Shown piece by piece: positions 23,238 through 33,578 of a stretch of 64,000 nt of DNA. The notes beneath the pieces are model-generated. The model was not told where the DNA came from. It ran no database searches and was given only the letters and a program-made list of their open reading frames with translations. A program made the translations under genes and the position numbers. The stretch spans positions 1 through 64,000 of the forward strand of contig CALSSJ010000011.1 of NCBI GenBank assembly GCA_943788985.1, read 5' to 3'. Source of the DNA: an uncultured Lentisphaerales bacterium (GTDB lineage: Bacteria > Verrucomicrobiota > Lentisphaeria > JABSQK01 > UBA12247). How positions within the stretch are numbered: the stretch's first letter is position 1; each line of letters starts with the position of its first letter.

Positions 23238-24506
23238 TCACAGCTCGTATTGCGGAACGGTCATCCACTCGCCGGCTTTCAGCGCCGACTTGTGCGCGAT
23301 CACACCGCTCATGGTCATGTTCAACGCTGAGCTGACATCTACGATGGGTTTGCGATCCAGCAGGATCGATTCGATAAAATCGCTCGTCAACTGCCCATGC
23401 GAACCGCCATGATGGCCGGGTGAAACGCCAGGTGGCAAAGCGGGCCGAGCCGTATCCACGGCTTTTTGGTTTTGGCCCTTTTGACCATACACACGACCTT
23501 GTTCGCCGTGGGCATTCTTCATGTCCCAACTGCCAGCCATGCGAGAGATGCCACCCTCGCTCGTTTTCAACAGGGCCACTTCTGTGCCAAAGGTGTTGTT
23601 GTGGCCGTTCTTGCCGGTTTGAAACTCTTCATAAAGGCAGGGAGTGCCCAAGCAGGAGACATCGGTGAAACGACCACCTCCGGTGACAGAGACATAGTAC
23701 GCCGTGGCATGGGTTGGGTACCACATGGGTGGGAGGCCCCTGCGCCAGCCATGGTTGTCAATCTTGCCATTCTTCGGGTTGAAGCTGGCAATGCCACGCG
23801 GGCCGAAGTCATGGTAGTACTCGCCTTCGGAATAGAGGATCTTCCCCAAAATTCCCGCCTGGTATTGCATGCGTAGCGAATAACAATCCCCATGAAACGT
23901 GGAGGTTTCGTTCATCATGTACTTCATGCCGCTTGTCTTGACGGCATTGAACAGTTTCTCCGCATCCTCTTCAGCTTCAAAGCCAAATACGGCCGGCACC
24001 GCAGAGCAAACGTGCTTGCCGTGCTCCAACGCCATAATGGCCAACCGTGCATGGCTCGGCGCGTCGGTCGCGATATAGATCGCCTCAATGCTCCTGTCCT
24101 TGATCATCTCTTCGCAGGATGGGTAGGTCTTCTTGGCACCCACCGCTTTGGCCAAGTCCGCACACCGCTGGGGATCCAGGTCAGTGGCAGCGACCACGTC
24201 GACATTGGGATGGTTCTGGTAGAAGAATGTTGCCCCGAACTTGCAGAGCCCGTAGCCAGCGATGCCCACCTTGATCTTGCGATCAGACTTTTTCTGCCAG
24301 GTGCCGGTATTTCTTGCGACTGCTTGGTGCGCGTGTTCTGGTTCGCCGTCGAATCCAGGAATCACGTTGCCGTCTGCATCGCGCGGTAGGTCATCAGCAG
24401 CGTGCAATGAACTGGCCATCGACAATGCGCCCACGGCGGCTGCACTGGCGCCGATGCCTTGGATGAAGGTGCGGCGGCTGAGAGTTGTGGGGTCGTTGTG
24501 TTCCAT
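23238..24506 (-). CDS. Tat-exported Gfo/Idh/MocA family oxidoreductase
   Basis: SRRTFI twin-arginine signal, IKVGIAGYG, IYIATDAPSHA, GKHVCSAVP, EGEYYH. Confidence 0.87.
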   Translation of the reverse strand: MEHNDPTTLSRRTFIQGIGASAAAVGALSMASSLHAADDLPRDADGNVIPGFDGEPEHAHQAVARNTGTWQKKSDRKIKVGIAGYGLCKFGATFFYQNHPNVDVVAATDLDPQRCADLAKAVGAKKTYPSCEEMIKDRSIEAIYIATDAPSHARLAIMALEHGKHVCSAVPAVFGFEAEEDAEKLFNAVKTSGMKYMMNETSTFHGDCYSLRMQYQAGILGKILYSEGEYYHDFGPRGIASFNPKNGKIDNHGWRRGLPPMWYPTHATAYYVSVTGGGRFTDVSCLGTPCLYEEFQTGKNGHNNTFGTEVALLKTSEGGISRMAGSWDMKNAHGEQGRVYGQKGQNQKAVDTARPALPPGVSPGHHGGSHGQLTSDFIESILLDRKPIVDVSSALNMTMSGVIAHKSALKAGEWMTVPQYEL

Positions 24507-25220
24507 CGTTCAGGTCCTCTATTGGGATGGTTTCTTGTTGTTACTCAATTGATTGACATGCTTGGGGCTCAAGGCCATCAGCAGGCAGGCGGCGAACATG
24601 TTGCCTCTGGCGATCACGTTCTCCCGCGGTTTCTGGGGGGGGCGGGTGTCTTGCGAAAATGGGAGCGTCCATCGGGATTTCCTGCGATTTGGAGCAGGTT
24701 CTACCTACTTATACCCGCGATAGTAGTGCTCAACACGGTCAAATAACCGCTTTCTAATTGCGAAAAACCGATATCGCCAGCATTGGGATCGAGTAGGTAT
24801 TGCCCCTCCTCCTCTCTCCCCCGACGCCCCAGCGGTCTTCTCCGGGCCTTCGTGGTTCAGGCTATGAGCTGCTGTCAGTCGTCGTAGACCAAGCTCCAGC
24901 CGACCCCCGGCTGGTGGTTGGCGTACGCCGCGTAACTTCTGCTCTGGACGTCGACGTTGACGTTGACCACGTATTCCTAGTCGTCAGCCGCAGAGGCGCC
25001 GAGGACGCTATTGCCGGCCATCGCGAGCTGGTAGGACAACATCGTGTCTTTGACGGCAGTGCTCATGCGAGTTGCTCTCCTCTTGGTAGCCAGATCTGCG
25101 TGCCAAGCTTGACTGTGCAGAGTGTGATGTGGATTGAGGAATCATGCTATAAACCGCGTTCGCATAGCATGGAGTCTCGTATATCGTATTCCTGAGATGC
25201 ATTGAGAAGCCAATAAGTGG

Positions 25221-26063
25221 GTGCGAAAAAGAGATACAGTCATGCAGAAAAGCGATATCTCAATGCTTCAGATTCGCGAGGTGGCGTCATATACGCACGC
25301 TCAGAAGAAGCGCCAGACCAGCATCAATTGCTGGCTGCTGGTCAATCTTGGCAATGCGGACAAGGTCTCCGTGGCGCTGCCATCCGGCCAGCATGTGCTT
25401 ACCGTGACCGAGAATCGGCCCTTCGCGATCCTGGTTCCGTCTGGCAGCTGTATAGACTTCGAGTATGGCGAGGGCCGCGAAGACTGGGTCATCGAGTTGC
25501 CCCAAGGTGCAATCAGCGAGTCGGCCGCCGCTTCAGTCCGCCTGTCTTGGCCTGGAATGCATGTCCAGGCGCCTGCCGCCGGGTTGCTGGATACGGTTCA
25601 AGCGGAGCGCAGCCGCAGCTATCTCACCCGCATGCTGGATGCATTTCACAGCCCTGAAGAGTCCGCACAAGTATCGTTGCAGCTATCGTTCTATGCCTTG
25701 CTGGACTGCATTCTCCACCCCGACTTATCTCTCGAAAGACAAGATCCTGCCGAGGCCCTACGCAAGCGCATCGTGGCCGACTGTGGCTTTGTCATGCATC
25801 TTTCCAAGCTCAGCTTGAAGTGCGGCTATTCTGCCGACCACCTTCGCCGCCTGTTTGAAGCTAGATTCGGGATCACGCCCAAGGCCTTCCGGACGGGGTA
25901 CCGAATGCATCTGGCCAAAGATCTTCTTGGCCTCCGGGATCTATCCGTTCAGGAAGTTGCGACGCAACTTGGCTACGGGCATCCCGCCCATTTCTCCACC
26001 GCCTTTAAAAAGCACTTTGGCCAAAGCCCCAAAGACTGGAAGCTCCGGCAAGCCCTGCAGTAA
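25221..26063 (+). CDS. AraC family transcriptional regulator
   Basis: C-terminal GYSADHLRRLF...GITP, SVQEVA.QLGY..PAHFSTAFKKHFGQSP. Confidence 0.88.
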   Translation: MRKRDTVMQKSDISMLQIREVASYTHAQKKRQTSINCWLLVNLGNADKVSVALPSGQHVLTVTENRPFAILVPSGSCIDFEYGEGREDWVIELPQGAISESAAASVRLSWPGMHVQAPAAGLLDTVQAERSRSYLTRMLDAFHSPEESAQVSLQLSFYALLDCILHPDLSLERQDPAEALRKRIVADCGFVMHLSKLSLKCGYSADHLRRLFEARFGITPKAFRTGYRMHLAKDLLGLRDLSVQEVATQLGYGHPAHFSTAFKKHFGQSPKDWKLRQALQ

Positions 26064-26249
26064 GCGATCTTGGCGTCGCCAGAGCCATTGCCCAAGATAG
26101 GGGGGTGGCCTGCCAGGCTGACCCCAGCCAAGCTAGGAACGCCAACCGACTTCCTGACCGGCAGAATGCTCCCCCATAAGTTGTCGCGCGGATAAAGTGG
26201 CCTATATTCAGGATGACCTGAATTCAGACCACATCATGGGGAGATCGCC

Positions 26250-26510
26250 ATGGTCACACTGTCATTGTCGGAAGCAAAGATGAAGCTGAGTCGCTTGGTC
26301 GACGCGGTGAGCAGCCGAGACGAAGAGGTGACAATCACCAAGAACGGCACCCCCGCCGCAGTCTTGGTGAGTCCCGACGAATTCGCGGGCTGGAAAGAGA
26401 CGCTCGCCGTCCAAGAAGACCGCGAGCTAATGGCCGAAATCCGCCAGGGCCTGGGCGCGCTAGCGGCAGGCGAGGCGGAGCTTTACTCCCTTGAAGAACT
26501 GCTGCCTTGA
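26250..26510 (+). CDS. Phd/YefM family antitoxin
   Basis: LSEAKMKLSRLVD.V....EEVTITKNGTPAAVLVS; RBS GGGAG. Confidence 0.9.
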   Translation: MVTLSLSEAKMKLSRLVDAVSSRDEEVTITKNGTPAAVLVSPDEFAGWKETLAVQEDRELMAEIRQGLGALAAGEAELYSLEELLP

Positions 26511-26797
26511 AACAACCACAGCTGCGCGTTCCGGGCCATGTGACGGACTTCCTTCGTCATCTGCATCCAGACATGAAGCGCAAGATTCGGGCTGCCCTGG
26601 CGGCCATTCTAGCGGAGCCGAGCTCGGGCAAGCAATTGCAGCGCGAGCTTGCCGGATTGCGCAGCTATCGAGTCGGCAGGCTGAGAGTGGTGTACCGTCA
26701 ACGAGGCGACGACGAAATCGCGCTGGTGGCCGTGGGACCGCGCCGCGTCATCTACGAAGAAACCTACCGCCGCTTACAGAAAGAATCCGAGCAGTGA
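26507..26797 (+). CDS. RelE/ParE family toxin
   Basis: TTG start overlapping the antitoxin stop; GKQL..ELAGLRSYRVGRLRVVYR, VGPRRVIYEE. Confidence 0.88.
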   Translation: MKQPQLRVPGHVTDFLRHLHPDMKRKIRAALAAILAEPSSGKQLQRELAGLRSYRVGRLRVVYRQRGDDEIALVAVGPRRVIYEETYRRLQKESEQ

Positions 26798-26873
26798 GAT
26801 AGCCTGCTTTACGCATCAATAGGATGACCGTAACGTATCCCCACCACGTCGGCACAAACGGTAGGATGGAGAG

Positions 26874-28262
26874 ATGCGACAGATGAAGAAGCGATTCGTA
26901 CAGGTCGGGCTTGGCGTCCGGTCGGAGATGTACTGGCAGGCGGTCGCCGGAGACTTTGCGGACCACTGCGAGCTGGTCGGGATTTGCGACAACAATGCCG
27001 GGCGCCTGGCGATGCGTCAGCAGCAGTTGGCAGACCTCGCCACCCCAGTCTCTGCCTACGCGGCCGAAGACTTTGATCGCATGATCGCAGAGTGCCGCCC
27101 GGATACGGTTATCGTCACCACACGCGATTGCAATCATCACCACTACATCTGTCGGGCCATGGAGCTGGGCTGCGATGCCATCACCGAAAAGCCTATGACC
27201 ACCGATGTGGACAAGTGCCGCGAGATTCTGCGCACCCAGCAGACCACGGGAAAGGTCTGCACCGTCACCTTTAACTACCGCTATGCACCCCCGCGAACCC
27301 AGCTCAAAGAGATGTTGATGTCCGGGCTGATTGGAAACATCGTTTCCGTCGATTTTCACTGGATGCTCAATACCAGCCATGGCGCAGACTACTTTCGCCG
27401 CTGGCACCGGAACAAGGAAAACTCCGGGGGGCTGATGGTTCACAAGGCGACTCATCACTTTGATCTGGTAAACTGGTGGCTGTCGAGCGTGCCGGAGACG
27501 GTGTTCGCAGTGGGCAAGCGCAACTTTTACCGCCCCGAAACGGCTGCCCAGCTCGGGCTCGAGAATCCAGGAGAGCGCTGTCACGCCTGTCCCGAAAGCA
27601 CGAAATGTCCCTTCTTCTTGGATCTTGCTGGCAATGAGGGCTTGCGCGCCACCTATCTCGATCACGAGGCCCATGATGGATATTTTCGGGACCGCTGTGT
27701 GTTTTCTCCCGAGATCGATATTGAGGACACCATGAACGTAGTCGTCAACTATCGTTCCGGTGCCACCATGAGCTACAGCCTAAACGCATTCATGCCATGG
27801 GAAGGCTTCACGGTTACCTTTAATGGGAGCCGTGGTCGCATCGAGCACCTGTGCCAGGAGTCCATCTATATCAATGGCGATGGCCAGGTACCAGGCGAAC
27901 TCGTGCGCGAAGGGACCCGCACCAAAGTCTTTCCCCATTTTCTCCCGGCGTATGAGGTCGATATCTGGGAAGCCCAGGGAGGCCATGGCGGTGCCGACCC
28001 AGTGATGCTCAAATACATCCTGGACCCCAGCAATCAGCCAGAGGACAAGTACCTGCGCGCAGCAGATCAGTGCGCCGGTGCCTGGTCCATTATCACCGGC
28101 ATTGCCGCCAACCAAAGCTTCAAGACAGGCTCACCGGTTCAAATCGCAGATCTCCTTCCCGACGTGGCTGAGCCAAATTACCCGCCAATGCCCGCGCCTT
28201 TCGAGCTGATCTCCGCCGCTGATCTCGCGGCGATCGCGACAGAACGAAGCACCCGGGCCTGA
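26874..28262 (+). CDS. Gfo/Idh/MocA family oxidoreductase
   Basis: VGLGVR, ITEKPMT, TFNYRY, HGADYFRRWHR, GLMVHKATHHFDLVNWW, GHGGAD. Confidence 0.9.
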   Translation: MRQMKKRFVQVGLGVRSEMYWQAVAGDFADHCELVGICDNNAGRLAMRQQQLADLATPVSAYAAEDFDRMIAECRPDTVIVTTRDCNHHHYICRAMELGCDAITEKPMTTDVDKCREILRTQQTTGKVCTVTFNYRYAPPRTQLKEMLMSGLIGNIVSVDFHWMLNTSHGADYFRRWHRNKENSGGLMVHKATHHFDLVNWWLSSVPETVFAVGKRNFYRPETAAQLGLENPGERCHACPESTKCPFFLDLAGNEGLRATYLDHEAHDGYFRDRCVFSPEIDIEDTMNVVVNYRSGATMSYSLNAFMPWEGFTVTFNGSRGRIEHLCQESIYINGDGQVPGELVREGTRTKVFPHFLPAYEVDIWEAQGGHGGADPVMLKYILDPSNQPEDKYLRAADQCAGAWSIITGIAANQSFKTGSPVQIADLLPDVAEPNYPPMPAPFELISAADLAAIATERSTRA

Positions 28263-28380
28263 CTGCCAACTGATTCCAGCGGCTATCGAAGGACATGCAC
28301 CCGTTTGTAGTCAGGCACGGGAGTGGTGCCGTTCTTCAACGTGTCGTGTGCACAGCGGCGAACGCGACTGCCGTCGCTGA

Positions 28381-28680
28381 CTACGAACCTCCTACCTGTT
28401 CGGGGATCCGCGCCAGATCGCTTGCGACCGACTTGCGGAAAAGACGCCATATGTGACCATCTGCTCGAAGCCGCTTCAACATCTCTTCGTAGCTGATCAA
28501 TGGCTCTGGGGACCGTTCGTCGAAAGCAGCCAAGTCGTCTGCGTCTTCACTCAGCTTCTCGCGAACTGCATCGTTGACGAACTCAGAGACCGAGCGAGAC
28601 GTCTCGGCTGCCTTTACGCGCAACGCACGATGAAGGGCTGGGTCGAAGTATATTGTGGAGCGTTTGGTTATGGCTGACAT
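28381..28680 (-). CDS. CopG/RHH antitoxin reading through into a truncated RelE-like toxin remnant
   Basis: KRSTIYFDPALHRALRVKAAETSRSVSEFVNDAVR...EDADDLAAFDER..EPLISYEE, followed by FRKSVASDLARIP (RelE N-terminus-like) and a stop. Confidence 0.75.
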   Translation of the reverse strand: MSAITKRSTIYFDPALHRALRVKAAETSRSVSEFVNDAVREKLSEDADDLAAFDERSPEPLISYEEMLKRLRADGHIWRLFRKSVASDLARIPEQVGGS

Positions 28681-28720
28681 TGTGTCATCTCGCTTTTTGA
28701 CGAACTCATGATTCACCACA

Positions 28721-29611
28721 CTAGCATTCCTGCCCGCGTGCTTCCCCGCCCCAGACAGCCTGTCGCTCGGCGGGCTCCCAGTGTGGTGCGTCCTCTGGGC
28801 ACCACCACAGCTGCACAGCTCGGCGGCGCTGGCCGGAATTATTGTGCGGCGTACCATGCGGTGCCAGCCCGCTAAAAAACAAACCGCCGCCTGGCGCTAA
28901 CGGTGCCGCTAACACCCGCGGACGCTGCTCTTGGCCCCGTAAATCTCGGAAGTCCCGATCACAGATCTGCCAGTCCCGGACCTGAAAGTGCGGAATCGGA
29001 GCAAGCCCCCCGTTGCCCTGTCCCTCGATCACCCGCATGCAGCCATTCTCAGGCGTTGCTGGATCCAACGCCAACCAGATCGCTACCACTGGCGTATCCT
29101 CCGGTATCGAAAAATACGACAAATCCTGATGCCACGGTTTTTCCCGGCCCTGCTGTGGCGGCTTAACCAAGGCCCCATTCTGAAACATGTAGGGCTTCGC
29201 GCCACCGAGCAGGCGCGAGACCACCGCCAACAGCGCCGGATCCGTAGCCAGCCGGGAAAAGCGGGGGTCCGCTTCTGCAATATTCCAGAACTTGCGTACA
29301 GAATCCAAGCGCTGCTCCGTCGTCATAGCCTGTAACTCTGCCGCCGTCACGCCGCCGTATTGAATGCCTTGGAAGTTGTCCGTGACCAGGTCCGACAGCG
29401 CTGTCTTCGCGGCCGCAATCGACGCGGGATCGAAGACCTCGTCTACTTTCAAAATCCCTGTTGTCTGAAAGAGCCGCTCTTCCGACTCACCAATCGACGC
29501 AAGATTGGCCACGCTGTCCGCGACTGCATCAAAATCGTATAGATCCGACGCATGCATCTCAACAACTCGTTGCTCCTCTTCGAGCCAGAATGCCTGCAGT
29601 TGCTCACTCAT
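28721..29611 (-). CDS. Phytanoyl-CoA dioxygenase (PhyH) family Fe(II)/2OG oxygenase
   Basis: KPWHQD, IWLALDPATPENGCMRVI, PHGTPHNNSGQRRRA; start estimated at MSEQLQ. Confidence 0.87.
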   Translation of the reverse strand: MSEQLQAFWLEEEQRVVEMHASDLYDFDAVADSVANLASIGESEERLFQTTGILKVDEVFDPASIAAAKTALSDLVTDNFQGIQYGGVTAAELQAMTTEQRLDSVRKFWNIAEADPRFSRLATDPALLAVVSRLLGGAKPYMFQNGALVKPPQQGREKPWHQDLSYFSIPEDTPVVAIWLALDPATPENGCMRVIEGQGNGGLAPIPHFQVRDWQICDRDFRDLRGQEQRPRVLAAPLAPGGGLFFSGLAPHGTPHNNSGQRRRAVQLWWCPEDAPHWEPAERQAVWGGEARGQEC

Positions 29612-29754
29612 TATCACTCCTATCATCGTGCCCACAGCAAATGACAAACAGTCATTCTGCTCGAAGACATAGCCTACCGTCATCCAGCGCGCAGGCCATA
29701 GAGCAATCAGTCAATGATTTGCATTAATCCGTGATTCTCTTATCGTGCAGTTTC

Positions 29755-30576
29755 ATGGACTATCACCTTCTTCACTGGCAGCTGAATTCTGTTGGCCGGG
29801 TCTGCTGCGAACCCGGTTAGCATCTTAGCGAGGCCTTCTCCCGCCGTCTCGACGACCTTGATCTATGGATGGTCTGGGCTGGTGCCGGAAGTATGCGCAT
29901 TGACGACAGGCCCGAAATTGCGTTACACCCCGGACTCTGCATCTGGATGCGCCCAGGCCATCATTACCTGGCCGAACAAGATCCCAACCATCGCCTCGGC
30001 GTCAGTTTTATTCACTTCAATCTCTCCCATTCCAACACAAAGGAGCGTACCAAGGACCACGAACAGCCACCCTTCTGCCTAGATACTCCCGACCTTCTCC
30101 ACAGTGAGGCCACCGTAACCCGGCTGCTCACGCTATGCCCTCCGCCGCGCACCGCGGCGCAAATCAGGCCGGCAGCAACCGCCATTTTTCGCGGCCTAGC
30201 ACTGGATATTCTCGATCATTGGCAGCGCCCTGAACCACGTCCGGCAGCCCAACTCCATCCAGTTACCCGGGAGCACTTCGAGCGCCAATGCCTACGCTTA
30301 CGTGAGTCCCCCAAAGACTGCCCCACGGTCACCCAGTTGGCACACGAGGCAGGCTATAGCGCCGATCACTACAGCCGCCTCTTTAAGCAGTTTACCCGAT
30401 ATAGCCCTCAGGCCTTTATTGTCGAATCACGCAAGCAGCGGGCCGATCTGCTTCTGCGCGACACCGACATGACCATCCAGGAAATTGCCGATGCCTTGGG
30501 CTACCGGGACCTCTTCTTCTTTTCGAGGCAGTACAAGCAGTACCGCGGCCAGCCCCCGTCCGCCGTCCGCAGCTGA
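29755..30576 (+). pseudogene. AraC family regulator with an in-frame TAG at codon 22
   Basis: ATG 29755 MDYHLLHWQLNSVGRVCCEPG*HLSEAFSRRLDDLDLWMVWAG, in frame with ORF 29869..30576 (cupin-like region plus double HTH). Confidence 0.75.
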
Positions 30577-30785
30577 GGCCGTGCCTCTCTGGGCTGGCGG
30601 ATTTTCTCGCGCCTTGCGGGTTGCGCCATGTAGATCGTCACCGGACCGTCGCGTTTGTATCCGGGGTGGGTGTTTTAATCGACGTTACACGTTTTAATTC
30701 GACGACGTTGCGCGTTGTTATAGTCAAATTGATGCGTAGAGTGTTACCACGAGTTTAAGTGTAACGGAATGAAAACGACGTTCAG

Positions 30786-33578
30786 ATGCCCGACACAAAT
30801 GGAAAAATGATGGTTGGTCGGTTGCTGGCGAGCCTGGTTGTGATAGCCGGCATAGTTGTGTTGCCGTTTCTTGGCGAGCCGGGTCTGGCTGATCCACGCA
30901 CAGCGGACATCTGGGGCCTCTGGATAAATTTTCTGGGCACACTCCATCCGCTGTTCCTGCATCTACCGATCGGCGTCTTTGTGCTGGTCATGCTTTTGGA
31001 GACGATTGGCCTGCTCGCGAGAGGGCGCTACGAGCCCCCGACACTCATCCCCTTGGGATTTGCGTTGGTGAACGGAATCTTAGCCCTAGTCTTCGGGTAT
31101 TGCCTGTATCTGACCGGGAGCTATTCCGGCGAGATGGTGGAACAGCACAAGACCAGTGCGCTGGTATTCTGCGCCTTGCTGGTTCCCTGCCTGCTCTTGA
31201 AACTAGCGCACCGGCGGTCCCCGGGCCGCTTCAATCGCGTCCATCTTGGCTACCTGGCCAGCCTGCTGGCCTGCGGGGGCGCTATGACCATTGCCGGGCA
31301 TCTTGGCGGGGAGATTACCCACGGCGATCCGGTTGAGAAGCTCCCGTTCAAAGTTCTGGCCAAACGTGCTGCCGCCGCCGAAGCCCTGCGCAATGACCCG
31401 GTCGTCTACGAACACATCATCCAGCCGATTCTTGAAGATCGCTGCGTCTATTGTCACGGGCCGAAAAAGCAGGAAGGCACCTACCGGATGGATTCGTATC
31501 AAGCCCTGCTGACGCCGGGCGATGATGCCACCGGGCTGCTCCCGGGAGACCCAGCAGCGAGCGCGATGCTCACTCGCCTGGAGCTTCCCCATCATGATGA
31601 GCAGCACATGCCGCCTACGGATAAGCCGCAGCCAACGGCCGGGGAAATTGCCCTGATTCGTTGGTGGATCAGCCAGGGCGCTCCGGAGCACAAGCGACAA
31701 GGTGAACTGACGCTCACGCCAGAAGCCGAAGAGGCACTTGCCGGACTGGTCTCGCCGGAAGAAGTGAAGGCCCGAGAAGCAGCGAGAAAACAAGAAGAGG
31801 CGGAGGCGCATAGCCGCTTTCTGGCTGGGAGAGAGCGGATTCGGTCGGCCTGGCGCGAATTTGAGCACTCCCATCCGGGGGCACTTTCCTTCGTCTCAGC
31901 AGGCAGTCTGGATATGCGGTTCACTGCGGTCAGCGACCAAGATATCGCTGTCGATCCCGGGCTTGACGGGCTCAAGCTGTTCGCCGAGCACCTCGTCGCA
32001 GTAAATCTTGCCTTTGCGACCCTTGATGATGGCGCCGCCGCAGTCATTGCGCAGTTCGCATCGCTGCGCAGCTTGAACCTCAGCGAGACTTCGATCACGG
32101 ACACATTTTTCGCGAATTTTTCAGAACTTGCCGACCTGGAGTTGTTGAACCTCCATGGCACCAAGGTCACACCCGGCTTGGCTGCCCAGCTGGATAAGTT
32201 TCCCGGCCTCAAGAGGCTGTACGTCGGGGGAACGGGGATTGGGGCGGAGCAGGCGATCGCGCTTCGAGAGACACTCTCGGAGAACCGCGAGACGCCCGTC
32301 GAAGTGATCGGGGATGATGGGCTGCCTACACTCGAATCATTGCCGGTAGCCAATGCATTTCAGGAGACAGTGCGCAGCCAAGAGGCAACCTACGGCACCT
32401 TGATTAGCGCCCTTGCCAAGACCACTCTCAGTAGCAAGGACCCAAATCACCATCAGGATGAAGAGTTTAAGAAATTTACGGCCAAAGACGATCATGGCGT
32501 GGATTTTGTGTTCCATTCGCTGCCGGAACGCCAGCCCTGGGTGCAGCTGACCTTTGATTCTCCGTATCTAATCAGCGCCTTCGAACTCAAGAATCGAGCG
32601 ACTTTACCGGAGCGGGCTGAAGGGATCGAGTTGCAGCGGCAGCTTCCGGATGGCAGCTGGAAGGCAGTCTGGCAATCCAAGGGCCCCGAGGTGAGCTGGC
32701 AGGTAGATTTGAGTAAAGACCCCGCGCCTACACGGGAAGCCACCGCCTTCCGTTTCGTCGTCAATAAGGAGGAGGAGACCTACTTGCACTTATCCCAAGT
32801 TTGGCTCTGGGGGCGGAAGAGCGATCGGCAGCAGACGGCGCCGGGCCGAGCAGCGGTTGCCGTGGCCCACAACAGCTCATCCTGGAGCCCGGGGACAGTC
32901 AGCGGACTGGGTTTGTGGTTGGATGGTGCCGACCTGACCTCCCTCACAGCCACGGCTGGAAACGTCTCGCAGTGGAATGACAAAAGCCCCAATCAATATC
33001 ATGCATACGCGCTCAGCCCCGCCGTGCAGCCGCAAATCGGCACCCTACACGTCAATGGTAAGCATGCCCTGGAGTTCCAGACCGCACGACTGGTTAGCAA
33101 AACTCCCAAGCGTGGAAACTGGCAGGACCTCTACATCGTGGCTGCCTGGAACGGGGCCGAGAGGTTCGGAAATTACAACGGCTTGTTTACCGGGTTTGGA
33201 GAAGGCATTGGTATCGTCGGGAATTCCCAAGACGCTGGCACCAGCTTATGGCTGCAAGGGCGCTGGTGGACGTCCTTGTATGTGAACGGCACTGCTAGCG
33301 ATGGAGCCAATGTGCTCGGGACCTTGGCCAAGCCGTTTTTGCTATCCTGCTCGGCAGATAGGGCCATTGAGGTCCCCGGCTATTCGATCGGCAACGACCG
33401 CAACCATGTGCAGCCGAGCAACAGGCGGCCGTGGGATGGCGCGATCTGCGAGATTGTCGCCTTTGCCCGGAAGCTAACCGAGAGCGAGCGCCATCAACTC
33501 GAAGGCTATCTTGCCCATAAGTGGGGGCTGACCGCAGGCCTCCCGACAGACCATCCCTTTAAGGAGAAAGCACCCTGA
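30786..33578 (+). CDS. Membrane protein with planctomycete-type cytochrome c domain, leucine-rich repeats, discoidin-like and C-terminal LamG-like domains
   Basis: LG.LHPLFLHLPIG TM region, GH.GG.ITHG, CVYCH...MPP, LRRs (LRSLNLSET, LELLNLHGT, LKRLYVGGT), LWLDGAD...EGYLAHKWGL. Confidence 0.75.
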   Translation: MPDTNGKMMVGRLLASLVVIAGIVVLPFLGEPGLADPRTADIWGLWINFLGTLHPLFLHLPIGVFVLVMLLETIGLLARGRYEPPTLIPLGFALVNGILALVFGYCLYLTGSYSGEMVEQHKTSALVFCALLVPCLLLKLAHRRSPGRFNRVHLGYLASLLACGGAMTIAGHLGGEITHGDPVEKLPFKVLAKRAAAAEALRNDPVVYEHIIQPILEDRCVYCHGPKKQEGTYRMDSYQALLTPGDDATGLLPGDPAASAMLTRLELPHHDEQHMPPTDKPQPTAGEIALIRWWISQGAPEHKRQGELTLTPEAEEALAGLVSPEEVKAREAARKQEEAEAHSRFLAGRERIRSAWREFEHSHPGALSFVSAGSLDMRFTAVSDQDIAVDPGLDGLKLFAEHLVAVNLAFATLDDGAAAVIAQFASLRSLNLSETSITDTFFANFSELADLELLNLHGTKVTPGLAAQLDKFPGLKRLYVGGTGIGAEQAIALRETLSENRETPVEVIGDDGLPTLESLPVANAFQETVRSQEATYGTLISALAKTTLSSKDPNHHQDEEFKKFTAKDDHGVDFVFHSLPERQPWVQLTFDSPYLISAFELKNRATLPERAEGIELQRQLPDGSWKAVWQSKGPEVSWQVDLSKDPAPTREATAFRFVVNKEEETYLHLSQVWLWGRKSDRQQTAPGRAAVAVAHNSSSWSPGTVSGLGLWLDGADLTSLTATAGNVSQWNDKSPNQYHAYALSPAVQPQIGTLHVNGKHALEFQTARLVSKTPKRGNWQDLYIVAAWNGAERFGNYNGLFTGFGEGIGIVGNSQDAGTSLWLQGRWWTSLYVNGTASDGANVLGTLAKPFLLSCSADRAIEVPGYSIGNDRNHVQPSNRRPWDGAICEIVAFARKLTESERHQLEGYLAHKWGLTAGLPTDHPFKEKAP

